Source: Nitrososphaeraceae archaeon (GTDB lineage: Archaea > Thermoproteota > Nitrososphaeria > Nitrososphaerales > Nitrososphaeraceae). Taken from it: a DNA stretch of 40,603 nt. The notes under the pieces are model-generated. The model was given only the letters and a program-made list of their open reading frames with translations, had not been told where the DNA came from and made no database searches. Shown in pieces: positions 7,867 to 17,568 of the stretch (position 1 is its first letter; each line of letters begins with the position of its first letter). Made by a program: the position numbers and the translations under genes. Location: positions 1-40,603 of the forward strand of contig DATFEP010000045.1 in assembly GCA_035250975.1 (NCBI GenBank). Reading direction: 5' to 3'.

Positions 7867-9695
7867 CACTAATTATACCTCTTCGTTTTTTTTCAGATAA
7901 TAAAAGTAAATTAAGTATTATTTCTATGATTTTGATAATTATCATATCTTATAGTTTGTTTTATTATCAGGAAAAGATTGCTGAGGAAAATATAAAGAAT
8001 GAAATGTTTTTACAGCAAAGAGATGAACAGATTGACTCCACTAAAGTTATGGCGGAACATATTAGCTCTGATCTAAAATTAATAATGTCAATTCTCCAAG
8101 GATTGACTGATTCTATATATTTACAACAGGGCGAATTATATGGAGATAGGATTGAAAAATTATTTAACGAGAAATTTAGAGATATTACTGCCATTACTAA
8201 AGTCGATGGACTTTTTATCGCTGACAGGGATGATATAATAACCTATAACATAGTATCGAAGGGACAAAGAAGCTTTGTAAATATAGATATCTCCTTTAGA
8301 GAGTATGTTCAACAGATAAAAAGTAAATTAAAACCTATCTTTTCTGATGGTTACAAGGGAATGGATGGTAAATACAAAATTTCACTAATAGCTCCAATAA
8401 TAAATAGAGAAAATGGTCAGTATATTGGTCTGGTTGGAGTTGAGATACCTAGCAAGGATTTTTTTGCACATTATGGAAATATTAACAATATAAATTCAAG
8501 TTTTTTGGTGGCTTATGATAGGAATGCAAATTATATTGCTACTCCTAGGGCACAATTATTCGGCGAAAATTTTTTTGGTGATAAAGTTCAATCATTCTTT
8601 AATTTCAATGATATTCAAAATCAGTATTATCGTAAGGTTTTCTCAAATGATTTATCCGAAGATTATGCGATATATAATTTTGGAAGTGGTGAAAGATTAA
8701 ACACTGGTCAACCAATTCTATTACAAGGGGAACCTAGCTATTTCGTTTTTGTTATAAGTCCTACAGAATCAATCTATTCTTCTATACAAGAGGCTCTTTT
8801 TTTAGAAAGAATAAAAATATTTTCATTAATTTTAGCATTTACATTAGCAGTTATGATTCTAATAATATTTCTTGTAAAATGGAACACGAATCTCGATAAA
8901 GAAGTAAAGCATAGAACAATACAGCTGGAAGAATCTAATAAAAGGCTTTTATCAGCAAATGAAGATTTGCAAAAGAATGATACGATGCAAAAAGAATTTA
9001 TCAATGTAGCTGCACATGAATTAAGAACACCAACTCAATCAATAATTGGTTATATAGAAATGGTAAAAAGGTTTCCAGAAAATTTTCAAAAATATCTAGA
9101 ACCTTTAGAAAGAAATTCAGAAAGGCTTTACAGATTAACAGAGGATATTTTGGATGTTTCAAGAATAGAGAGTAATACTCTAAAACTAGTCAAAGAAAAA
9201 TTTGATATCACTCAATTAGTCTATGACACAATAAAAGATTTTATAAATCGATCTCAGAATCCAAAAAACAATACTTTCAAAATAGTATACAATAATGAAA
9301 TGGATACAGATAAAATTATAAATAAGGTAAATGACAAAATTTTTGTTTATGCAGACAAAAATAGGATACAGCAAGTGTTATTTAATTTGTTATCAAATTC
9401 CTACAAATTTACAGAAAATGGTCAAATAATTATTAAAATAATAAAATCAAATGATAAGGAAGTAAAAATAAGTATAGAGGATGATGGTAGGGGAATAGAC
9501 CCAGAGATTTTACCAAGATTATTTCAAAAATTTGCAACGAAATCGGATAAAGGTACAGGATTAGGATTGTATATTTCTAAAAACATAATTGAAGCTCATG
9601 GTGGAAAGATATGGGGTGTAAATAACTATAAAAAAATTGGCGGAGCCAGATTTGGATTTACTTTATCAATATATAAGAAACAAATAGAAACATAG
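7863..9695 (+). CDS. Membrane sensor histidine kinase with Cache-like extracellular domain
   Basis: Two TMs flanking a sensor domain (DISFREY...PIFSD...APII...GLVGV); H box FINVAAHELRTP; N box QVLFNLLSNSYKF; DDGRGI; GTGLGLYIS. Overlaps the upstream gene by 4 nt. Confidence 0.95.
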   Translation: MTLIIPLRFFSDNKSKLSIISMILIIIISYSLFYYQEKIAEENIKNEMFLQQRDEQIDSTKVMAEHISSDLKLIMSILQGLTDSIYLQQGELYGDRIEKLFNEKFRDITAITKVDGLFIADRDDIITYNIVSKGQRSFVNIDISFREYVQQIKSKLKPIFSDGYKGMDGKYKISLIAPIINRENGQYIGLVGVEIPSKDFFAHYGNINNINSSFLVAYDRNANYIATPRAQLFGENFFGDKVQSFFNFNDIQNQYYRKVFSNDLSEDYAIYNFGSGERLNTGQPILLQGEPSYFVFVISPTESIYSSIQEALFLERIKIFSLILAFTLAVMILIIFLVKWNTNLDKEVKHRTIQLEESNKRLLSANEDLQKNDTMQKEFINVAAHELRTPTQSIIGYIEMVKRFPENFQKYLEPLERNSERLYRLTEDILDVSRIESNTLKLVKEKFDITQLVYDTIKDFINRSQNPKNNTFKIVYNNEMDTDKIINKVNDKIFVYADKNRIQQVLFNLLSNSYKFTENGQIIIKIIKSNDKEVKISIEDDGRGIDPEILPRLFQKFATKSDKGTGLGLYISKNIIEAHGGKIWGVNNYKKIGGARFGFTLSIYKKQIET

Positions 9696-10360
9696 GTAAT
9701 AATTTAAAATGAAAAATAATCGTTAAAAATCATACAGATTATCGTATAGAGTGGAAGAAGATCATAAAAAAATATAAATAATGAATAAAATAAATGACAC
9801 AAAAAACGATGCAAGACTAAATAAAATGTAGAAAATAATATTTTTGATCTGTTTTACGGTTGACTATTTGAAAATAAAAACTTGATAATATTAGAAGAAT
9901 TAAACCAAATCTTTTACAACTCAACATAGAACCTCTACTTGATGAAAAAGAAATGGTGCCAGTACGGTTTTTAACTCGTGGATTGATCTCTTTTTGCTAT
10001 AATCAATAATGGCATGAAATTTGAACTCCGCTTACTATCATAAGTTTACACAATTCTCATATTGTCAATAATAACGTAAAAATGGAAAATAAAGTTCAAA
10101 TTGAAAAGTTAATTAAATGAGATCTATTTTTGATTGTGTTAGATGAATTTCTTTATCAGAACTTAGATTGTGACAAATGAATGAAAAGAGATTTTTAAAT
10201 TAATAAGATGTGTAGAAAATAATAACAGCTTTTACATTTAAATAAAATATTTTTGAAAATTTATTAATTATAACTTAATATTATTTTAGGCTAGACCAAT
10301 AACAACAATAATAATAGTAATAATAATAGGAACTAAAATAATTATTCATTATTTTCATTT

Positions 10361-10942
10361 TTATCTTGTTACTGTTTCACAATCTGCAGTTTTTCTATCT
10401 CCGTTTAAATTGTTAAACTGTACTACGATATCATTTCCTGATCCACATATGTAAAAATCAGCACCCAAATTACCTATCAACGTATCATCACCATTTCCTC
10501 CTATCAATTTATCATTACCTTTATTTCCTTTAAGTATATCATTTCCATCTCCACCGTCAAGTAGATCATCTCCTAAATTGCTAACTAAATCATCATCTGC
10601 TAGTCCACCATACAATTTATCGTCCCCAGAATCGCCTATTAGTTCATCATCACCTTCGTTTCCATTTAAAGTATCATAACCCAATCCGCCGTACAAAATA
10701 TCATTACCTCTTCCTCCGTTTATACAATCATTAGTTATACTTCCATGTACCATCCCTGTTGAGGAAGTAGCATTTATCACTTTATCACATTGGAAAATAT
10801 CAATATTTGATGAGGAAGTTACTTGAGCATTTATCAATAAAGCACCATAAGTACCAACAATTGATATAGTGAAAATTACAACTATTATTATTATAGATAC
10901 AGAGTTTTTAATAAGGGACTTTATTGTTATTTTTTTATTCAA
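10361..10942 (-). CDS. Secreted RTX-type calcium-binding repeat protein
   Basis: Signal/TM segment then about 11 GGxGxDxLx nonapeptides; ends in ADCE. Confidence 0.88.
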   Translation of the reverse strand: MNKKITIKSLIKNSVSIIIIVVIFTISIVGTYGALLINAQVTSSSNIDIFQCDKVINATSSTGMVHGSITNDCINGGRGNDILYGGLGYDTLNGNEGDDELIGDSGDDKLYGGLADDDLVSNLGDDLLDGGDGNDILKGNKGNDKLIGGNGDDTLIGNLGADFYICGSGNDIVVQFNNLNGDRKTADCETVTR

Positions 10943-11209
10943 GTATAATATATAGTTAATCTATATTTTTAAGATATTGTTATTTTTTAAAATTATGAAA
11001 TCTTGATAATAGGTACAATTCTCAAATTATATTAATATTTTTTCAAAGTTTCTAGTCTTTTGATAACATAGTATTGTCAAGATCATTAGAAAATCTGTAG
11101 CTAAAAATAAAGTTATTTCTATTATCATATTCAAATTTTACTTTACATCCAACTCATGTTATGTGATTTATTATCATTAATATATCAATAGAAAAATATA
11201 ATTTTGAAG

Positions 11210-12400
11210 TTAATATTTCTTGATTCTTATAAAACCGAACATAAAAATAATTGCTAAAGTTGATAGACTTATACTATAAAGCAATGCTATGTTAATATCA
11301 TAATTATCCCACAAGAAACCAAAAGTGATATTTCCTATTAAGAGACATACTCCTACTATCAGACCATAGAATCCAAATGCAGTTCCTCTATTTTGTTGTG
11401 ACACATATTTAGAAATTAACGCTCTCTGAATAGTCTCGGATATACCAACATATAGACCATAAATTAAAGGAATTGAAATGATGTAAATGATATTATTTTT
11501 ATCTGAAAAATACATGAAGATTGTAGATATTATAAACAACAGAAATCCAATTATTAATACTCTTTCTTTTCCTATTCGATCTGATAATATTCCTGAAGGA
11601 ATACCAATTATAGTATGCGTGATGTTAATTATTGTATATATTATAGGTACGAAACTCTGTTCAACTCCTAAATCAGAGGATTTTAAAAGTACAAAGGAAT
11701 AGTTGAATGCGCCTAGACTAAAAATTCCTAATATTATAACTATATAAACAAATGTTTTATTTTCTATGAATAAAATTTGTAAATTTGAAAAAAAGGTAAT
11801 ATTAGTAAGTCCTTTTTTACTATTTGTATAAAGTTTATCTTTTACAAAATATATCAATATAAAAAGTGATATTATTCCAGGTATTATTGAAAGTAAAAAG
11901 ATGTACTGAATATTTTGAAACAATTCAAATATTAAAAATGCAAACAATGGACCTATTATAGCGCCTATTTGATCTAATGTTCTATGAATACCAAATGCTT
12001 TTCCTGAGGTGGATTGATCTATAGAATCAGCAATTAATGCATCGCGAGGTGCGGTTCTAATACCTTTTCCTATTCTATCAGAAATTCTGACAATAATAGT
12101 ATCTAGAGAAGAGGTAACAAATATAAAAAAAGGTTTACTGACAGTTGATATTCCATAGCCAATTAAAATGAGAATTTTTCTTTTTCCAATTTTGTCAGAA
12201 ATGTATCCCGAAGGTATTCTAAATATATAATTTACAAATTCTCCAGATCCTTCGATAGCGCCTAAAATGGTCCTTGATAAATCTAAATCTTTAATAATAT
12301 ACAAAGGTAAAACAGAGGTAACCATTTCAGTAGAAATATCTGTAAAGAAGCTAACTAAACCCATGTACAATACATTTTTTAAACCCTGATATTGTCTCAC
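11210..12400 (-). CDS. MFS transporter
   Basis: About 12 TM; motif A GYISDKIGKRK and GILSDRIGKER; DRIGKGIRTAPRDALIADS. Confidence 0.95.
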   Translation of the reverse strand: MRQYQGLKNVLYMGLVSFFTDISTEMVTSVLPLYIIKDLDLSRTILGAIEGSGEFVNYIFRIPSGYISDKIGKRKILILIGYGISTVSKPFFIFVTSSLDTIIVRISDRIGKGIRTAPRDALIADSIDQSTSGKAFGIHRTLDQIGAIIGPLFAFLIFELFQNIQYIFLLSIIPGIISLFILIYFVKDKLYTNSKKGLTNITFFSNLQILFIENKTFVYIVIILGIFSLGAFNYSFVLLKSSDLGVEQSFVPIIYTIINITHTIIGIPSGILSDRIGKERVLIIGFLLFIISTIFMYFSDKNNIIYIISIPLIYGLYVGISETIQRALISKYVSQQNRGTAFGFYGLIVGVCLLIGNITFGFLWDNYDINIALLYSISLSTLAIIFMFGFIRIKKY

Positions 12401-12533
12401 TTGTTAAAACATTTCAAATTAACAGATTGGATATATAAGATATAATTAATACTAAAAGAAGATTATTTTTAATTTATTATTTTTTGTATCGGATTTGTGA
12501 TAAAATTGTACTGACCTATTCTAATACCATTAT

Positions 12534-12820
12534 GTGAACTAGAGAAATTCATTGAGTCTTTAGTAAAATAAAAAGATGTGAGCTATTACCTGATATTGAT
12601 GTTATTGATAACTGGCATATTGAATTAGAAAACATGAACAAAAACAAAGAAGAAGGTATGTATATTCAGATTCATTTATTTATAAAGCTATTATGGTACG
12701 TGAGAGTATATTTTCATTTACAATATAGACAAACAGACAGAAGGTGTAGTATGAGAACATGCTTCCAACACATTGCCATCAATTCTAGATTATAACAGGA
12801 TTTGGAGAAGAATAAATAGA
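12534..12820 (+). mobile_element. Degraded IS5-family transposase, N-terminal part
   Basis: Frame-broken pieces ESLVK / ELLPDIDVIDNWHIELENMNKNKE / FIKLLWYVRVYFHLQYRQT / EGVV*EHASNTLPSILDYNRIWRRINR match the archaeal IS5-type pattern (YNESLVKRGE...LPYRQTEG...PDYS.I.RR). No DDE core or terminal repeats seen. Confidence 0.8.
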
Positions 12821-13277
12821 GCTTAGAATGCTACGAAGGAATTTTATACCTTTGATTTTGTAAACTTTGTGAACTTCTTTTACTGTAAATATTGAGCTTA
12901 TGATTATATTCTTAGATAAAAAGAATGAACCAAATATTTATCCTGTTTGGTATTAGTTTCATCATCTTAACTAAAATTCTACGTTAAAACTTCAAATATC
13001 CCACGAAAAATAGCTTAAATAATGAAATATATTTTTCTGTAGTTGAAATTAATGTGTTATATATAAGAGTATGAGGAAAAAACAAATAGTTTTTGAAATT
13101 ACTCGGTCGTATTTTTCTATGTGGGATAGTAGTAAAATAGGATTTTAGTCGTATTATCATATAAATTCTATTTTGATAGTCAAGATATGTAAATAGTTAT
13201 AGACTAGAGTATAAAAATAAGGTTTGATTAATAGGTTGCATTATATTCCACTGTTTTGTATAGTATATTGATTTTTT

Positions 13278-13577
13278 TTGACTCAAAATATTTTTCCTAT
13301 GAGAGAATGGCATGTAAAAAACATGGAAAAAACGATAATAAAACATGTTAAAGGACTTTCACCTGATGCCAGTAGGTTTGAACGAAGAATTCATAAACGT
13401 TATGGCGGAATAAATAAAGTACAAAGGAAAATAAAATATGATATTAAACATGGAGTAAACAATGAAGAGGTTATTTTGTTTTTGCAAAAAGTGAGAACTT
13501 CGACAGAATTTTCAGATCTTCGTGAATGTGAGGGATCCTTAGATAGATTAGGGGAGATTGAATCATATTTTATCTAA
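13278..13577 (+). CDS. Basic hypothetical protein
   Basis: 99 aa TTG-start ORF in otherwise stop-rich DNA; no recognised domain. Confidence 0.65.
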   Translation: MTQNIFPMREWHVKNMEKTIIKHVKGLSPDASRFERRIHKRYGGINKVQRKIKYDIKHGVNNEEVILFLQKVRTSTEFSDLRECEGSLDRLGEIESYFI

Positions 13578-13660
13578 TCAAAATTTATACAATTTTAAAT
13601 ATTTTTCTTTGATCCAAGTAAAATTGGTTCACTTTATAACGATAAGGAAAGTGAGTACTA

Positions 13661-13864
13661 ATGGTATGTAAAGGAATATGCTTACGTCATAAGGCATTAA
13701 AACCTGGTAATATTGGTCGTTATCTAGCAGGACAAAAACGTTGTCAAGTATGTCAGCTCTTCATCAAATGGGAAGGTTTCTGGTGTCCATGTTGTGGTTA
13801 TAGATTGAGAACAAGACCAAGAAATAAGAAATACAAATCAAAATTAAAATTGGATCAAGGCTAG
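13661..13864 (+). CDS. Small Cys-rich zinc-finger protein (Thaumarchaeota-type)
   Basis: CKGIC...RY..GQKRCQVC...W.G..CPCCGYRLR.RPR. Confidence 0.85.
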   Translation: MVCKGICLRHKALKPGNIGRYLAGQKRCQVCQLFIKWEGFWCPCCGYRLRTRPRNKKYKSKLKLDQG

Positions 13865-14967
13865 TGATAATTGATTTATATAAAATTTGAAATTATTAGA
13901 AAGTAGAACCATCTTTGACACATGAGTTATAATCTCTGTATAATGATAAAAGAGTATCAATAAAAGTTGAATCATTCTTTACCTTATAAATGAGATATAA
14001 TTAATATTTAAGAACTTGTTAATTAAAATCAGCAATTAATTTTTTACTGATTCAATTGTAAGAAAGTTTATTTCTTGTCTTCTCTTTAATATTATAGATT
14101 TTATCTTGTCATAAATAATATTTGAAATTCTGTTATTAAGCAAATTAGGTTGAACCGTATCATTTTCAAAACATAACTCGTCAATTAAATTTGAATAGTA
14201 ACTAAGATATCTAAAAATATCAATAATCAAAATAAAAAAATTTCAATCAGAAATACTATGTTAAGTATCTTAATATTAGTAACAGAATTTGGAAACTGTG
14301 AATGAAATACTGATAAATATATATTTATTTCAACTTAAATTTGGTTTTTCTAATTTAAATAAGACATATATTAAAAAATTATTACCATTAAATATGTCTA
14401 ATAAATTTATTATTGTAATTCATTTATTGATAATGTTATTATCAATAATAACTACAATTGATCCATTTTTGTATATAGTCAAGAAAATAGTAATGATAAT
14501 AATCCATTAAATACTTTTAGAGACTTATTCAATACCTTCAAAAAAATGTATCTAATTTAACAAAATCATTAGAGTATAATATAAAAATTGATTCTAACTA
14601 AGTGTATCCTAATGAAACTATTAAAGAATATATTATACATATTATGAAATATGACTTATTAGGATTCGACATCTTTACTACTTTGTAATTAGCATAGTAT
14701 TAATTTGATTATAAATATTATTTATAAAAGATTTAGGACATAAATATTTACAAATATTAGTAGAAACTTTTATGACAATTATAAAAGGACTAGAATGACA
14801 GATTCTCCAAGTATTTATTTCATGTGATAATAGTATAAGCAATGGAACAAGACCTCTATGTGATCCTATGTATATACAACTTGAAATTTGGAGGTAATTT
14901 TCATTAAAAATTATTTTAAAATGATTTTGTGGATATAAATATTTAAAATCTTGATAGTATTGTTAGA

Positions 14968-15432
14968 ATGTACTTGTCAATTAAAGATGATAATGATGAG
15001 AAAGATGAAATGATGGAGGCTGGTAAGATTGAAGATTATGATATTGAAAAACTTGCAAATATGGATAATATTATTCATCAAAAAATTCAGTTATGGACTA
15101 ATGACGATGGGAATGAATATGCTCTCCGATTGTTACTAGATGGAGATATCAATTCCGACAAACAAGAATTTATTGTATCAACCAATCCTAATGAGAAGTA
15201 TATATATCCAGTTGCGGAATCTGATGATATTGAGGATCTAAGACATGGTTGGAATTATACACTAAGAGAATTGATTGAGAATTACAAGGAAAAATTGTAT
15301 CAACAGAATTTTAGAGACGATAAACATTTGTATCATATCAAATTAATATCTTTTCATAAATGTACCTATTGTAATAAAAAATTTGCTAATGAGGAAGAGA
15401 AAAAGGAACATGAATTTATTTGGCATATTTGA
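14968..15432 (+). CDS. Acidic hypothetical protein with C-terminal C2H2 zinc finger
   Basis: Ends in HKCTYCNKKFANEEEKKEHEFIWHI (CxxC-x3-F-x8-H-x4-H). Confidence 0.75.
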   Translation: MYLSIKDDNDEKDEMMEAGKIEDYDIEKLANMDNIIHQKIQLWTNDDGNEYALRLLLDGDINSDKQEFIVSTNPNEKYIYPVAESDDIEDLRHGWNYTLRELIENYKEKLYQQNFRDDKHLYHIKLISFHKCTYCNKKFANEEEKKEHEFIWHI

Positions 15433-15999
15433 GATATGAATGATACAAATGTTTTTGTTAAATGATTTACAATTAATTTAATATTTTGAAAATATTAAGT
15501 TTCATGGATAAAAACTTTTTTTATATATTGATAAATTTTATGAATAATAATCATAGAACTAAATTTTTTTCAAACTTTTTAACAAAGATTTATTTCTTGT
15601 TTTCTTAACAATTTTAGCCCATTTTGTAACTTATTTAAAGAATTTTTATCTTTTGTAATATATACGATGAAGGATATGTTATCATTTATAAAGTTACAAT
15701 TAGCAATCCATAATTTTTGATATGTGATGATGTTGACTAGAGGACATGTTCAAGTAAAAATATGATGGTGCTTAAAAGTGTAATTCTCTAATTTTACAAT
15801 TATCATAATGACGGAACATCTTATATGATTTATCTTTCTATAGTTATTTCTTTATTTAATTGACTTTATTCATTATTTCTTTGACTGTTTTCATAATTTC
15901 ATAATTAACATGATTGCTGATGTAATATTTGTTATTGTATTATAGTATTTTAGTTAATTTCTCTCAATTTAAAGAAGGAAATTCTTGTTAGATAAAAGC

Positions 16000-16400
16000 G
16001 TTCTTTTACAAAAGTTCAAAAATTCTTCATATTTCAATCTCTTTTTTCTGTCTTACTATTTATCATTTCTTGAATTTCTTTATTCGGATGTAATGATTAT
16101 AAATGATTGATATTCGGATGTAATGATTGTAAATGATTGATAGTTATATCAAAATTGTGAATAGAGGGAAGATGATCCTGAATTTTTTCAAAAATCTTTT
16201 AATTCAATTTTATATCTATTTTCTTCATGTAAATAACTCTAACATATATCTCATTTTTTTATAATCTTTCCTCAATTGATGTAATTCTTCTATTTTCTTA
16301 ACATTAGTTATCACAATATGAAAGTTATTTCTATTTTTGAAATGAGTTTCATTTCAATTATTTTAAAAAGAGTATTCATACTATATTACTTTCAATTGCT
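16000..16400 (-). pseudogene. CHAD-domain protein pseudogene, C-terminal half
   Basis: Minus strand reads IVITNVKKIEELHQLRKDYKKMRYMLELFT* (HxLRKxxKxxRY at 16281-16246), then after a frameshift FEKIQDHLPSIHNFDITINHL (QDxLGxxHD-like). Several stops; boundaries approximate. Confidence 0.8.
16081..16142. repeat. 30-bp tandem duplication
   Basis: TATTCGGATGTAATGATTRTAAATGATTGA twice with one mismatch, inside the CHAD pseudogene. Confidence 0.95.
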
Positions 16401-16460
16401 AATACCTATCATGATCAAATTAAAAAATAAAAGAGATGAACTATTATTATTGATTCAACA

Positions 16461-17486
16461 ATGGGAATAGATCTTAAACCTATCATAACTTCTTCTCCGA
16501 TAAAACTTGCTGACTTGTCAGATAAAATAATAGCTGTTGATGCATACAATACAATATATCAATTTCTTGCCACGATTCGTGGTCCAACCGGTGAATCTCT
16601 TACGAACAATAAGGGAGATATAACAAGTCATCTAAGTGGATTATTTTATAGAAATATCAATTTTTTATCGGAAAATATAAAATTGATATACATATTTGAT
16701 GGTAAACCTCATCAGCTAAAATCTAAAGAAATTGAAAAGCGAAGGAAATTGAAAGAAGAAGCGGTTGAAAAATATCAAGCGGCCTTATCCGAAGGCAGAC
16801 TGGAAGAGGCACGGAAATATAGTCAGGGTACAGTAATTTTAACTGGTAAAATAATAGAACAATCGAAAAAAATTTTAGAACTTTTAGGAATTCCATTTCT
16901 TCAAGCAACATCAGAAGGAGAGGCAGCAGCATCATATTTAACAAGAAATGGAGTTGTTTTTGCTTGTGGAAGTCAAGACTATGATTCCTTACTTTTTGGT
17001 GCTAAAAAATTGATTCGTAATTTAACAATAACAGGTAGAAGAAAGATTCCCAATAAAAATAAATATGTAAGTATAGAACCAGAAATTATTTATCAATCAT
17101 TAATTTTGGAATCAACAAAATTAACATTAGAACAATTAGTGGATGTAGGAATTTTAATAGGTACGGATTTTAATCCTGGTGGTTTTCCAGGTATTGGTCC
17201 AAAAACTGCATTAAAATTAATTAAGGAAAATGGCAGATTGGAAAAAATTAATAAGATAAAACAAAGTTTGGAAAATGTTCCTTATCAAGAAATAAGAGAA
17301 ATTTTTCTCCATCCTGAAGACATATCAATTGAAAACATAGAATTTAAGGAACCTGATTCTAATGAAATTATGAGTTTTTTGTGTGAAAAAATGGATTTTT
17401 CAAAAGAAAGAGTGGAAATGTCTTTAGATAGATTAAAAAAAATTCGAGAAAGACGTAATCAATCTTTAGAAAAATGGTTTGTTTGA
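16461..17486 (+). CDS. fen: Flap endonuclease 1
   Basis: AVDAYNTIYQFL, FDGKP, EGEAAAS, SQDYDSLLFGA, ILIGTDFN, GIGPKTAL and C-terminal PIP box QSLEKWF. Confidence 0.98.
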   Translation: MGIDLKPIITSSPIKLADLSDKIIAVDAYNTIYQFLATIRGPTGESLTNNKGDITSHLSGLFYRNINFLSENIKLIYIFDGKPHQLKSKEIEKRRKLKEEAVEKYQAALSEGRLEEARKYSQGTVILTGKIIEQSKKILELLGIPFLQATSEGEAAASYLTRNGVVFACGSQDYDSLLFGAKKLIRNLTITGRRKIPNKNKYVSIEPEIIYQSLILESTKLTLEQLVDVGILIGTDFNPGGFPGIGPKTALKLIKENGRLEKINKIKQSLENVPYQEIREIFLHPEDISIENIEFKEPDSNEIMSFLCEKMDFSKERVEMSLDRLKKIRERRNQSLEKWFV

Positions 17487-17568
17487 GTATGAACCATTTT
17501 TTTAAGACATAACATTTTTCTATCAATAACATAAAAATAAAAATGGTAAAAGAATTTACAATTTATTA

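Noticed and set aside
10013-10031. Minus-strand GCGGAGTTCAAATTTC as another tRNA T-arm remnant near the 9927 arm
   Set aside because: The stem pairs poorly and there is no acceptor strand; not distinguishable from chance.
13904-13918. TAGAACCATCTTTGA as a further arm copy
   Set aside because: Spacing differs and the match is too short.
14036-14510. ORFs 14036-14230 and 14289-14510
   Set aside because: Non-ATG starts and I/N/L/K-rich composition expected from random AT-rich DNA.
16081-16142. CRISPR or regulatory repeat
   Set aside because: No spacer; a simple tandem duplication within a pseudogene.
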